A stretch of 64,000 bases of DNA from assembly GCA_044222185.1 (NCBI GenBank), contig JBGANV010000003.1:448001-512000 (forward strand), in the 5' to 3' direction. Position numbers and translations under genes: made by a program. This document shows positions 30,769-42,000 of this stretch, piece after piece (position 1 is the first letter of the stretch; every line of letters begins with the position of its first letter). Under the pieces are notes generated by a model. The model did not search any database. It was given only the letters and a program-made list of their open reading frames with translations, and was not told the DNA's origin. The DNA comes from Planctomycetota bacterium (GTDB lineage Bacteria > Planctomycetota > GCA-002687715 > CAIWVZ01).

Positions 30769-32018
30769 GCTCGTTGCGCGGCATCTGCGCCGCGCGGCGC
30801 TTCGGGGGCCGCCGGGTCGCCTCCGCCACGACTCCTTCGCGGATACCCGATGTGTCGATCACTGATCCGCCCTTCCACGGCGAAGGCCTTCGCCAGCTCG
30901 TGGTATTGCGAATCCCGCATCCGCAGGATCGCCATGCCGAAACCCGTGAGGTTCGGAGCGCTGTTCGAGCGGATCGAAACGGAGAGCGTGTAATCCCCTG
31001 GCTCGGTCACGACGGTGTGCCACCAGTGATTGGGAACGCGGAGCAGGTCACCGTCGCGGATGACGACGCGAACCAACGGAACGTGGAGATACCCCTCGAA
31101 TCCCCGTTGCCGTTGCACGTCGTCCGACTCGCGGATGTCGATGTTGCTGCCGAAGTAGTTCGTGGTGGTCTTCACCCGCGGTCGCATGGCCGCGGTGTAA
31201 TCGGGATGGGCAAGCGTCCAGGTCTTCACCCCGTGATTCAGCGCGACGAAGTTGTCACCGGGTTCAGCATGCCAGAGCGAATATGCGGAGCCCGGCTGAA
31301 GCAGGAGCTGCGCGCCCGTCACCAGCCCGACGAACAACCGCGAGCGTCTCCAGTGGTGCTTGTTGTCCGACCAGCCCGTCAGCCGTTCGAAATACGGAAT
31401 GTCGAGGTCGTTCCGCAGGCGCGCGCCGTCATGATGCATCACGTCCTCGGCGACGGAGACGCGCATGTGGCCGCCGTGCCGGATCGAATCGACGACCTCC
31501 GAGAGCGTTCCACGCCGGAAGTCGTAGTAATTGGAGGCTTTCGTCGGCAGGCTCGTGTCCTCGGACGGTCGGTCGGCCGCGGCGTTGATCGGCACTTCGC
31601 AGGAGCCGGCAACCGCGGTCAGGTGATCGAGCGTCCACTTCGCCATCGGGAGGACTCGTGCACCGCCGCGAATGACGAAGGGCACGTTCATCCCCATCAG
31701 GAGGCGGATCTCGGCGATGCCGAGCTCTCCCTGCTGAAACGACGGCACGTCGATCGGCTCGGGCTTGAGTGGCGCCCGATGAAGATCCCGGTTGATCGCC
31801 TCGCAAGCCCGGTCGTAGCCGCGCTTGAAGAAGCCGTCCTCGTATTGGGCGTCGCGTGTCGGCGAGTACTTCATCACGCCTCGGCGAGCGAGGCCGATGT
31901 AGTGGAACCAATAGACGAGGCGATGCCGCAATGGGACCCGAACGGACGTCGCCGCGCGCAGGAAGTCCTCGCCGATGGAACGAACCCGCCGGGCCGGAAC
32001 TCCTCCGTCAGCGCTCAT
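30765..32018 (-). CDS. JmjC/cupin_8 Fe(II)/2-oxoglutarate oxygenase
   Basis: PFVIRG, KWT.D.L, SLWHAEPGDNF (HxE), GVKTWTL, GDLLRVPNHWWHTV (distal His). Confidence 0.87.
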   Translation of the reverse strand: MSADGGVPARRVRSIGEDFLRAATSVRVPLRHRLVYWFHYIGLARRGVMKYSPTRDAQYEDGFFKRGYDRACEAINRDLHRAPLKPEPIDVPSFQQGELGIAEIRLLMGMNVPFVIRGGARVLPMAKWTLDHLTAVAGSCEVPINAAADRPSEDTSLPTKASNYYDFRRGTLSEVVDSIRHGGHMRVSVAEDVMHHDGARLRNDLDIPYFERLTGWSDNKHHWRRSRLFVGLVTGAQLLLQPGSAYSLWHAEPGDNFVALNHGVKTWTLAHPDYTAAMRPRVKTTTNYFGSNIDIRESDDVQRQRGFEGYLHVPLVRVVIRDGDLLRVPNHWWHTVVTEPGDYTLSVSIRSNSAPNLTGFGMAILRMRDSQYHELAKAFAVEGRISDRHIGYPRRSRGGGDPAAPEAPRGADAAQRA

Positions 32019-32270
32019 GCGACGCCGTCCAGCACGAACGAGCCATCACGCGGTCGGACCGCATCGACCTCCCACCGAGGCGTCTGACTGGAATGCATGG
32101 AGCGTCTCCCACGGTGCTTGGTCTCGCGACGATGGCCCCATCCTCGTTCGGCGTGGCGACCGCGGCGGCGATGGTACCAGCCTGGCACCGGAACGTTGAA
32201 ATCGAAAAGGCCGCGGACGCGGCGGCCGTCTGCTGCGGGGCACCCACCCGTGGACGACTCGCCGGCTGAG

Positions 32271-34328
32271 TCAGGTCGCGTGCAGCTGCCGCACCTCTCC
32301 GAGCGTTCGTGTCGCGAAGACGAGACGCAACAGGCGCTCCGCCGCCGACGTCGCCGCCGTGGTGGCGCTGCGGTCGACGCGATCCAGGAGAAGGCCTGCG
32401 CGCGCTGCCGCCGCGATGGCGGATTCGAGCGCCGGCCTGGCGTCCGCCGCGGCACCCGTGCCGCGCTGAGCGAGGCCCAGCAGCGCGGCCTCCACGGCGG
32501 AAAGGGTCGTCGTGGTCGCGTTCACGGGGATCGCAGCGGCAAGGCCTGGCGCGAGTCCACTCAGGTGGTCCGCGAGACGGCCATGTCCTCCGGCCTCGGG
32601 CGCCTGCTCCTTCCCCCGTCCCGGGTCGAAGTCGAGGCAGTCGATGGGATGCGAAGCACCCTCGTCGATCAGCGCGATCGGGCGGATCGTTCGGCGTCCC
32701 CCGCCCGAATTGCAGATCGCCACCACCGTGACGGGAGCGCCGTCGGGGAGCGCCTCCAGTCGCTCGATGGCTCGCGCCGTGATCTCGGAGTGCTTCAGCG
32801 TCAGATCGAGCACGTCGTCGTTCCGATCGATCAACGGCCAGTGCAGAGTTTGCGACGCGCCCTCGAACCTCGCTGCCTGCGCCGCCTGCGCGCTCAGCAC
32901 GACGACGTCACGCCGCGGATCGTGCACTCCGAGCCCGGCTCCCGCCGACGCCTTCGATCGGGAGGCGTCGAAGTCCTTCCAATCGTCGAACCGGCACCCG
33001 CGAAACGACGGAACGGCGGCGGCGCTCCCGACGATGACGCGCGTCGTCGACGAGCCCGACAGGCGCCCGACGGCATTGCTGCGCGCCCCGAGAAGCCGCA
33101 GGTTTCGCCCGATCATCTCCGCCGGTGCCACACCGCCGTCCCATGGGCACGCCGCGCGGAACCGCGCGGATGGATCCAACCCACCGGCTTCCCTCGGCGT
33201 CATGTCGGTCCAGGTCCACCAGTCACCTTGGGCCTCGGACCAGAACAGCACGGTCAGCCCCTCATGGCCAGAGCCGCTGCGCCAGACGTGGGCCGCGACG
33301 CCGTAGAGCTCCAGGGCCGGGATCTCGTCGTACGTGGACCGTGCACGACCGGCCAGGCGATCGAGGAGCGGCCCATCCGCGCCCGCGAGGGCCGTGCACA
33401 GCGCGAAGGCGGTCGCGCATTCATGCAGCAGCACCGCCGAGTCGGACCGTGCGCTCCGCGCGATCGAGGCCTCGACCCCATCGGCGAGGCGATCGAGCAC
33501 CAGTCGAAGCCGATGCAGGCGCGCACCCTCGGCGAGTACGGCGAGTGATGCGAATCGATCGATCATGGACGGAGAGAGGTGCGCGAGTCCGATCGTCACG
33601 CACTCCTCGAGCGCCGAACGACACTTGCGAGTCACCGACTGGCGCGCGGCCGCGAGTTCCGCCGACGCGGGCTCGGCACGGCTCGAATGGGCGTGCGCCG
33701 ATAGGACACGTGGAATCGGGCGCCCGCGCCAGACCTGGAACGCGAGGACCGCCGCAACGACGAGCATGGGGCGCCGCCTCCCCCGCGTCGCGCAGATCAC
33801 CGAGTCGAGGCCGCCGCCGGCGTAACGGAACACGTCGGCCACGCCGCCGATCGTGATCGTGATCGTGGGGCCGTCGACGACCATCGCCGGCTCACCACCA
33901 TCGACGAGCGCGGCCGCCTCCAAGACCGCGCCCCGTCCCGCGAACGACTCCAGTGCCGCGAGGTCCATGTCGAGGAGTTCGGCGGCGGGCGACGAGGTCT
34001 CGATTGGAACCAACCCCGGCCGCTCCACCGACGCGTCCCCGTCAGGTGATGCCAACGCCAGCAGGGCCCCGATCACGTGGTGACAGACGTTTCGCGCCGG
34101 GCATGTGCAGCGCGCCGCCCGCGGCCCCTGACGATCGAACGTGACGCGCTGCCCGTCGATCGCCACGACGACGGAGAGATCCTCCACGGTGACGACCGGC
34201 GGTGCGGCCGCCACGTCCTTGCGCGCGCGCCGCAGGAGTCCCACGCTGCCGAGCGCGGCAAGGGCCGCGTCGTCGAGCCGCCGCGCGGTCGCGCGGACCT
34301 CGCTCAGGAGATCACCGTCACCAGCCAT
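32271..34328 (-). CDS. SWIM zinc-finger protein (YehQ-like)
   Basis: LAALGSVGLLRRARKD N-terminus; CTCPARNVCHH SWIM motif; last gene of the yeh-like operon. Confidence 0.85.
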   Translation of the reverse strand: MAGDGDLLSEVRATARRLDDAALAALGSVGLLRRARKDVAAAPPVVTVEDLSVVVAIDGQRVTFDRQGPRAARCTCPARNVCHHVIGALLALASPDGDASVERPGLVPIETSSPAAELLDMDLAALESFAGRGAVLEAAALVDGGEPAMVVDGPTITITIGGVADVFRYAGGGLDSVICATRGRRRPMLVVAAVLAFQVWRGRPIPRVLSAHAHSSRAEPASAELAAARQSVTRKCRSALEECVTIGLAHLSPSMIDRFASLAVLAEGARLHRLRLVLDRLADGVEASIARSARSDSAVLLHECATAFALCTALAGADGPLLDRLAGRARSTYDEIPALELYGVAAHVWRSGSGHEGLTVLFWSEAQGDWWTWTDMTPREAGGLDPSARFRAACPWDGGVAPAEMIGRNLRLLGARSNAVGRLSGSSTTRVIVGSAAAVPSFRGCRFDDWKDFDASRSKASAGAGLGVHDPRRDVVVLSAQAAQAARFEGASQTLHWPLIDRNDDVLDLTLKHSEITARAIERLEALPDGAPVTVVAICNSGGGRRTIRPIALIDEGASHPIDCLDFDPGRGKEQAPEAGGHGRLADHLSGLAPGLAAAIPVNATTTTLSAVEAALLGLAQRGTGAAADARPALESAIAAAARAGLLLDRVDRSATTAATSAAERLLRLVFATRTLGEVRQLHAT

Positions 34329-35440
34329 GCTGCAAGGTTCTTCGGGGTCAGGGAGGCGATCTCCATGCCCGCTTCGGCGAGCCGTTGGGCGATGGCGTGG
34401 TCGTGCACCGGCATGGCATCGCGGTCGAGCGACGCCAATCCCAGAAGGCGCGCCCGCGCCTCACGAAGCCGGCGGCAGCTTTGCACGAGCGCGTCGGGCG
34501 AACCGCCCTCGGCGAAGTCCGAGATCAGGACGACCACCGCGCGAGCCGGCACGTCGACGAGCCCCTCGCAGAAGCGCATCGCCTTCGCGATGTCGGTCCC
34601 ACCTCCGAGCTGGATGCCCATCAGGACCTCGACCGGGTCGGAGACGTGCTCCGTCAGGTCCACGACGCTCGTGTCGAAGGCGACGAGCGAAACGCGAAGG
34701 CTCGGAAGCGAACTGAAGATCCCGGCCATCACCGCGCTGTGGATCACCGAGTCCGCCATGCTCGCGCTCTGGTCCACGCACAGGATGATCTGCCAGGGCA
34801 CCCGCCGACGATTGCGCTCGAAGAACTTCGCTCGCTCGATCACGAGTCGCCTTCGCGCCTGGTCGAAGTTGCGCAAGTTCGCACGGATCGTTCCCTGGGC
34901 GTCGAAGTTCTGCCGGAGGCGATCGAGACCATGCCGCAGCCGGTTTCGGCGACCTGATAGCGCTCGGCGGACGTCGGATTCGATGCGTGCGCGGATCTCG
35001 TCGACCACGGTGCGGATCACGTCCCGGACGGCCCCGAGGACCGGAGCGGCCAGCTGGCGTCGGAGCGACAGAAGGGTCTTCAGCAGATCCGTGTTCGGCT
35101 CGAGCTTCTCCAGCGTACGCGGATCGGTGACCAGTTCGGTCAGTCCGTATCGGTGGAGCGCGTGTCGCTCGACGACCTCCACGACCTCACGGGGGAAGAG
35201 CTCGCGCACGTCGTCGAGCCACTCGGGGATCGTCAGCTGGCTCGGTCCGAGCGACCCGGGCTGCGCCCTCATGCCCCGGTCCTCGTATTCGCGGCCGTAG
35301 AGGAACTCGAGCGCGCGGTCGATCCTCACGCCGCGCCCATGCAGTTCGGTGGCGAGGCTGGACGCCGCGTACCGGCCGAGCACGAGCCGCCACCGCCTCG
35401 CCGCCTCCTCGACGTCGTGGGTGAGCCGTTCGCCGGTCAT
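34304..35440 (-). CDS. vWA (CoxE-like) domain protein (YehP-like)
   Basis: RRWRLVLG, WLDDVRELFP, MIDAS DQSASM, QLGGGTDI, LISDF. Confidence 0.9.
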   Translation of the reverse strand: MTGERLTHDVEEAARRWRLVLGRYAASSLATELHGRGVRIDRALEFLYGREYEDRGMRAQPGSLGPSQLTIPEWLDDVRELFPREVVEVVERHALHRYGLTELVTDPRTLEKLEPNTDLLKTLLSLRRQLAAPVLGAVRDVIRTVVDEIRARIESDVRRALSGRRNRLRHGLDRLRQNFDAQGTIRANLRNFDQARRRLVIERAKFFERNRRRVPWQIILCVDQSASMADSVIHSAVMAGIFSSLPSLRVSLVAFDTSVVDLTEHVSDPVEVLMGIQLGGGTDIAKAMRFCEGLVDVPARAVVVLISDFAEGGSPDALVQSCRRLREARARLLGLASLDRDAMPVHDHAIAQRLAEAGMEIASLTPKNLAAWLVTVIS

Positions 35441-37914
35441 GGCGCAGCCTCCCGCCCGGGCTCGGACCACCACTCGCCGAGGCCGTCGCGAAACAGCACG
35501 TCCCGCAGGGCGAGGCTCGCTTCCAGGTTCCCCTGCATCTCGCTGGCCGTCATGCCGTGCAGGATCGGTGCCGAGTTCGTGCGGAGCCCGAGCCCCACGG
35601 CAACTCGCCGTCCCACGTCGTCCGACTCCTGGGGTGTGAGCGATGCGAAGGCCAGCCGGAGTTCGGGGAGCAGGCGCAGGAACGCGTCGTCATCGGCGCT
35701 CTCCACTATCTGCCGCAGAGTCGCGAGGATTTCGTCGGACTGCCACAGGACCTCGCGCGCAGTGAGCGCCATTCCGCCCAGGAACGCGACGGCCGCACTT
35801 GCCGAGCCGCCGCCGCCGAGGTGGCCGCGCAGCTTGACCGAGAGCACGGATTCGTCCATCAGTCCTGCGCCGAAGAGGGCGCCGCAGGCGGCGCCGCCCA
35901 GTCGCGGCGGCGTGTCATACACGCTTGCGCAGCGGCGGAGCACCGACCAGAGCAGTTCGCCGTCGAACCACGTCGCCAGGCTCCCGCTGGCGGCGGCGCG
36001 GAGTTCCACGACTGCGGCGGCGGCAGCGTCCGCGGCATCACTCGCCGTCGGCTCCGCGAGAAGTGCACAAGCCCGCGCGAAGCACGTGCGCGTGAGCGCC
36101 GGGAGGGCGTCCAATCCCTCGGCACCGAGAGGCACGCGTGACTCCCACAGCACCAGGAGCTGGGCCATCGCGCCGACCACGGACCGCAGGCTCGGGTCCT
36201 CGTGGGCGCAGCGGGACACGTGCGAGACGACGAGCGCCGCGAGGTCGTGGAGTCCGAGCTGGCAAGCGCGAGTCAGATGCTCGGCCGCGAGTTCAGCCGA
36301 CCGTCTCCCCGCATCCGCATCCCAGGAGCTCAGCCCTCGAATGAACCGGTCAGTCACCGCCTCGCGTACCGTGTTCCCATGGATGGCCACACCGAAGAGC
36401 GCGACGTCGGTCTGGGGCGCCCAGCCGTACTCCCAGGTCTCCATCAACCGCGCCTTCGCACCACGAACCATCAACGGCTGCCCCGCGAGCCGCACCCCGA
36501 ACGGCACGTCGAGGAAGGCCACCGCGTGGAGAAATCGACTCTTCTTGCGGTGTTCTTCCTCGCGATAGACGTCGAGGGTGGTGCGCCGCCGCGCCGTCGA
36601 TCCGAGGTCCAGGCCGAAGCCAAGGGCCGTACTCCGGAAGTCGGCGACGATGGGAGGGAGCCCGGCCTCCGGCGGAACCTCGCCGATCCGGGACCCGGTG
36701 AGCACTTCGTGCAGCGCGCGATGGACCGGCGCACCCTCGGGACCGTCCTCGCCCGCGATGAAGCTGCCGACGACGGCGTCGACGATGTCGAATCGGCTTG
36801 GCGTGAGATGCCCACGCAACGTGGCGAGTCTCTCCGCCATCTCGCATGCCGAGATCAGGGCGGGCGTGCTCGTGAAGTCGCGGGCGCCGCCGTCGCGCAG
36901 GACGGCGGCCACGGCGGAGATTGACTCGAGCGCGAGCGAACTGCACCCCGCGTCCCCGGCGGTCGCGCGCTCCCAGACTCGCTGGCGGTGCGCCGGAGAC
37001 GCGATGCCGGCCGCGTAGCCGCTGACCCGATCCACTCGGTCGAAGCTGTAGCGGACCATCACGGAACCCTTCTCCGTGACGCGCGACGTGTCGATCTTCG
37101 GAGCCTCCGTCCCCCTGGCCACGAGATCCGGAAGCACGACCGTGTGATATCCGCCGGTGACGACGAGCACAGGGCCGGGCACCGCGCGCTCTTGCGTTCC
37201 CTCGCGGTCGTCCAGGCGGCGTCGCACCCGCGCTGCCATGGTGGCTTCGCGAGCCGCGGTGCCATCCCGCTCGTGGTCGTCGTCGCGCACTTCGGCCCGC
37301 GCCACGGCGCACCACGCCACGACACGTGCGACGAACTCTTCGGAGTCCACGCCGTCCCGCCACACCTCGAAAAGGGCATCCCACGACTCGTCGACGTCTC
37401 GACAGCCGAGCCGCCGGGCCAGCCGCGCCAGTCCGCTGCTCCGAGCGAGTCGCTGCTCGCCGAAGAAGCTCGCGAGTTCGCTCGAGAGTCCTCCGGCGCG
37501 GTTCGCCAGAACCTGCTCGGGGAAACTCATGTCGATGAACTCCACGTGGGCGCCGAGGGCTGAGCCTTCACGCACCGCAACGAGTTCGGGAGAAAAGTCG
37601 CACAGGGGATACCACGCGCCATGGCGCGCGGTCGGCGCATCCGCGGGCTCGCGCAGGTGGCACCACGTGAACACGGCGATCGGAGCCTTGGTGGCGGTGT
37701 TCGTGAGGAGCGGGACGAGTTCCGACATGGAGTCGGGCCCCTCGATGAGGATCGTCGACGGCCGGCGTTCGCGAATCAGCGCCCGCAGTTGCAGCGCACA
37801 CGCTGGACTGTGATGGCGGATCGGAAACCAGAGCACGGGACCGCGTAGGAGCTCGCGTCCGCGGCGCCTCGCATCCGCGACGGACAGGAGGCCCTCGGAG
37901 ACCTCGTCTACCAC
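35437..37914 (-). CDS. DUF5682 family protein (YehM-like)
   Basis: PIRHHSPACA, ILIEGP, YPLCDFSPE, AREATMA, VTGGYH, GYAAG, SRFLH, FLRLLPELRLAF; GTG start with AAGGA RBS overlapping the ATPase stop. Confidence 0.88.
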   Translation of the reverse strand: MVDEVSEGLLSVADARRRGRELLRGPVLWFPIRHHSPACALQLRALIRERRPSTILIEGPDSMSELVPLLTNTATKAPIAVFTWCHLREPADAPTARHGAWYPLCDFSPELVAVREGSALGAHVEFIDMSFPEQVLANRAGGLSSELASFFGEQRLARSSGLARLARRLGCRDVDESWDALFEVWRDGVDSEEFVARVVAWCAVARAEVRDDDHERDGTAAREATMAARVRRRLDDREGTQERAVPGPVLVVTGGYHTVVLPDLVARGTEAPKIDTSRVTEKGSVMVRYSFDRVDRVSGYAAGIASPAHRQRVWERATAGDAGCSSLALESISAVAAVLRDGGARDFTSTPALISACEMAERLATLRGHLTPSRFDIVDAVVGSFIAGEDGPEGAPVHRALHEVLTGSRIGEVPPEAGLPPIVADFRSTALGFGLDLGSTARRRTTLDVYREEEHRKKSRFLHAVAFLDVPFGVRLAGQPLMVRGAKARLMETWEYGWAPQTDVALFGVAIHGNTVREAVTDRFIRGLSSWDADAGRRSAELAAEHLTRACQLGLHDLAALVVSHVSRCAHEDPSLRSVVGAMAQLLVLWESRVPLGAEGLDALPALTRTCFARACALLAEPTASDAADAAAAAVVELRAAASGSLATWFDGELLWSVLRRCASVYDTPPRLGGAACGALFGAGLMDESVLSVKLRGHLGGGGSASAAVAFLGGMALTAREVLWQSDEILATLRQIVESADDDAFLRLLPELRLAFASLTPQESDDVGRRVAVGLGLRTNSAPILHGMTASEMQGNLEASLALRDVLFRDGLGEWWSEPGREAAP

Positions 37915-39035
37915 GAGAGGTCCTTTCGGGCGTTCCAGCACGAGCCCCACGCGGCGTCGCGTCGCCCGCGGGGTTTCACGACGAGGTCGAAGTAGCTCGC
38001 GAGCTTGCGCCCGTCGTCCTGGTTGTCCTTCAGGACGGTGCCGATCAGCTGGCGTCCGACGTGTTCGCCGCTGAGCGTCCCATCCCCGAAATGGCGCGCA
38101 TCGAGGCATGCGGCGTATCCCACCGCGACGGCCTCGGCCGTGGACATCACGGCCGTCGGACGATCGAGCACGACGCCGTCGTCCGTGACGCCGCGTCGTA
38201 GATCCTGAAACGCCGTGATCAACAGGTCGATGACCTCGGGCGGGCGCCGCACGTCGATGCCGGACTGCGCGAGCAGTGCCGCGGTCTCCCGCTCGATGAG
38301 CTCGCGCTCGAGCCGCTTGTCAGATATGGCGCGCACGGTCTCGAAGTTGAACCGCCGCTTGAGCGCGCCAGAAAGCTCGTGCACGCCACGGTCACGCACG
38401 TTCGCCGTCGCGACGATGTTGAACCCGCGCGCCGCGAAGACGAGTGAGTCATCACCGGAGAGTTCGGGCACGTGGAGAGCCTTGTCCGACATCACACTGA
38501 TGAGCGAGTCCTGGATTTCGGGCTGGACGCGTGTGATCTCCTCGAAGCGAACGATCGATCCCTGGCGCAGTCCGCGGTGCAGCGGCGCAGGCACGAGCGC
38601 GCGGATCGACGGCCCCTCGGCGAGGAGGAGCGCGTAGTTCCACGAGTACTTGATCTGGTCCTCGGAGGTGCCCGCAGTCCCCTGGATCGTGAGCGTCGAG
38701 TCACCTGAGATCGCCGCAGCGAGGAGCTCGGAAAGCATGGACTTGGCCGTGCCAGGGTCACCGACGAGCAGCAGTCCCCGTTGGCTCAGCAGCGTGACGA
38801 TGCATCGATCGACGAGCGCGTCATCGCCGTAGAACTTCCTCGACACGCGCGGGATGCCCTTTCGCGCGTCGGATGCGGCGCCGGCCTCCGATCCGACGAT
38901 GAACGTACGCACCGCCCGCGGCGACAGCCGCCAGCCGGCGGGACGCTCGTGTGCATCGGCGGCGACGAGTGCAGCCAGTTCGGCTGCATGCATGACCTCG
39001 GCGGGCTGCCGCAGGATCGGGGGTGAAGATGTCAT
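37908..39035 (-). CDS. MoxR-family AAA+ ATPase, YehL subfamily
   Basis: LRQPAE...WRLSPRAVRTFI, Walker A GDPGTAKS, YSWNYALL, Walker B RFEEITR, TANVRDRGV, ALKRRFNF. Confidence 0.92.
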   Translation of the reverse strand: MTSSPPILRQPAEVMHAAELAALVAADAHERPAGWRLSPRAVRTFIVGSEAGAASDARKGIPRVSRKFYGDDALVDRCIVTLLSQRGLLLVGDPGTAKSMLSELLAAAISGDSTLTIQGTAGTSEDQIKYSWNYALLLAEGPSIRALVPAPLHRGLRQGSIVRFEEITRVQPEIQDSLISVMSDKALHVPELSGDDSLVFAARGFNIVATANVRDRGVHELSGALKRRFNFETVRAISDKRLERELIERETAALLAQSGIDVRRPPEVIDLLITAFQDLRRGVTDDGVVLDRPTAVMSTAEAVAVGYAACLDARHFGDGTLSGEHVGRQLIGTVLKDNQDDGRKLASYFDLVVKPRGRRDAAWGSCWNARKDLSW

Positions 39036-39040
39036 GGTCG

Positions 39041-42000
39041 CTATCCAGTCTTTCGTTCCCATTCGGGGTCGAACCCCGTGCCGTCCGCGGCCATGGTACG
39101 CAGGTCGTTCCAGCACTCGCTCAAGAGGACCGGAGGGACCTGCCCCAGTGGCACCGTCGCGTCGCCACGGCCAGAGGCCCCGGCGACGACCATCCTGAAT
39201 GACAGATCCCGCAGCGCGACGAGTCGGTTCTCCTCCGGAAGAGCGCTCCCCGTGAACTCGATCACGGCTTCCAGCCCCGCAGACGGGAACCGCCGAACGT
39301 AGGTGAAGTAGAACCCGGCGTCCTCCGCCGGACCCCGCAGCCACCCGAGTTTCGTGGCACGGCCGCGGAGGGCGAACGACATGAGGACGTGGCCCAGGAA
39401 GTCCTGTACGGTGTCCTCCTCGACGCGCTCGGCAGGTATGCGATAGACCGGCTTGCCGAACTGCGGGAGCAAGGGCGCCACGTCGTAATCCCGCAGGTGC
39501 TCGATCCACCGTTGCGAATCGGCGGGCGGAATGACGACCTCGTGCGCCACGCGGACGACGTCGTCCGGCCCGAGGGTCACGACCTCGTCGTCGACGTTCG
39601 TGAGCGACCCGTCCTCCAACGGACGGAACGTGAACCCGTGATCGCCGCGGTCGGCGCGCCAAACGAGGCGCTGGCAATGGCGGCGGAGGATCGGATGCCT
39701 TCCGAGGAAGCGCGACCAGTCGGCCGCGGCCCAGGCGCGCTGCGTGCACATGGCGTCGTGCAACCGCGCGCGCTGGCTCGTGACGACGCTCTTGAGCTCC
39801 TTCTTCGCCGCCGAGAACTGCTTTCGAAGCCCGGCGACGCGCGCGGCATCCTCGTCCTTGCGCGCCTCCGGCAGGTTCGCGATCGATCGCCCCTCCTCGT
39901 TGAACAGCTCGATCCCCAGCTCCGCCGTCAGTCGCGCCGTGAAGGCTCGGTCGCCGTAGTCGAACGTCGACGTGCCATCCTCGTCGAACCCAGCCGTGGG
40001 GATCGTCCGATCTGCGAGTTCCTCGAGCGTCCAGCCGCGTCGCTCCGCGAGGAGCGCGGCCTGGCGATTCGCCTCGTCCTGGAATCCCTTGGTGCGAAAG
40101 CGCGACCCGACGGACAGCATGAGCTGCGTCGCCGACGGGTGATCGACCCACGCGAGCATCTGGATCAGGGCCTTGCCCTGCGCTGCTCGGTGCCCATACC
40201 AGACCTTCAGATATCGCTCGGTCATCCCGGCGATGGCCGCTCCTCCGCAGGCCGAGACCACGGAGAGGATCCCCTTGGCACCGATCACCGAGCCCGCCGG
40301 CGTCATGAGGTGGGCCGGGAGGCGGCGCTCGAAGATCTCGTCCTCCGATCGCCCCTTGTCCGGCGACGTCTCGTAGAACTGCGGGTACTGCTTCATCGAT
40401 TGCACGACGCCGATCGCCTCGGCGCGGGCGCGTGCGACGGCCTCCGCGTGCGGAATCGGGCGAACGTCCTCGGCGAGCCACGCCGAGAGGATCGTCTCGC
40501 CGAGGGCCTCACGCGCTGCCGGTGCGATGGCCTGGACGTGACGGCGGAGGACGGCGCTGGGTTCGGGGGTCTTCCCCTTGCACGCCTGAACGAGCCACCA
40601 CATCGGGATCTCGCGAGCGAGCGGTTCCCCGCCGTCCGCCCAATGCAGCACAGGAAGGGCATCCGCAGGAAACCAGGCAAGCTCCTTCGGAATCCCCTTC
40701 TTGAGCCCGGCTCGTGCGTCCGTCGCGAGCTTGTCGCGATCGAGGAAGCGGTCGAGCGAAGCACCCAGAGCCTCGAGTGCGCCCATCATGGCGGCCGCCG
40801 CCTGGTCGTGCTTCTCCTTCGCGAGCGCAGCCTCGATCGACGAGAGGGCCTCGACGTCGCGAAGCCGCCCAAGCCACTGCGCGGCGTTCGCCCGTGACTC
40901 CGCCTTTCCCGATGCGAGCGCGGCGACGAGCCGCTCGCGCCGGCCGGGGAACGCGTCAAGGATCCTCTGAGCACGCAGCCGCGCGCTCTTGCCGCTTCCG
41001 AGTGCGATTCCAAACAGCCGGTCGACGAGGTCGGCCGGGACCCGCGGGAACGTGGCGATCGCGTCGAACACGCGTTCGGGGTCGAACCAGAAATCGGGAG
41101 TCAGGGTGAAGCGTCCATCGAGGACGTCGTCGATCAAGCGGCGATGGCGCGCGAGGTAGGGCCAGACCTGCGCGGCCGTCCAGCCCTCGGCGATGCGTTG
41201 CCCGATCCGCCGCATCCAGTCACGCGCCAGCACGTCGCCCGACACGCCGCGCGCCTCGAGGTGCGCCGCGAGGTCCAGGAGGGTCACACGACCTGCCCGG
41301 CCGAGGACGTTGAACACGCTGCATTCCGGCTCCGCAAAGAACGCAGACGGCGATGCGAGATCGAGCCGACCGGCCGATTGGAGCATGACGACCACGTGCC
41401 CCAGAGTCACGTCAGGGCGCAGGGCCCAATCGCAGAGCAGTCGCTTCGCAAGTCGTTGATCGACCCACGTCTTGACGCTGAACTCGACCGTCGAGTCGGG
41501 TGGAGGCGGATTCCTGACCTGGGCCACGATCCGATCCAGTTCGTCGTCGGTCAGCGGTTTCCACCCGGGCACGGTGCCCGAACTCCGCGCGACGGCATCA
41601 CGCCACCGCGCATGCGCCGCGTCGTTGATCGCCTTCAACGCCGCATGCAACCGCGCGGCCGCTTCCGTGCCGAGCGGGGCGCTGAAGTCGGCCTCGACGG
41701 TAGGCACGGTCAGATCGGCGTCGACGGCGGCGCTCGCTTCCGATCGCCGTTGCAATTCGATGACGGCCTGCCGGACGGACGGCGCCGCGTCCGACGTCGC
41801 CCGCGCCTGGACGAATACCCGGGCGGCCTGGCCGCCCATGGACCAAAGCTGCGTCAACGCGAGGATCCGGGTTTCGGGCGCTGCATGGGTCGCGAGTCTC
41901 TCGAGTTCGGGTTCGATCGCGCTTCCCAGTCGACGCGTAGCGGCTTCCGATGCGACGCGCACCCGATTGCTCCCGTCCGTCACGAGCGCGGCGATCGCCC

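Noticed and set aside
39036-40481. N-terminal extension making the MoxR ATPase 857 aa
   Set aside because: Overlaps the DUF4132 gene in another frame; the family N-terminus begins at ATG 39035.
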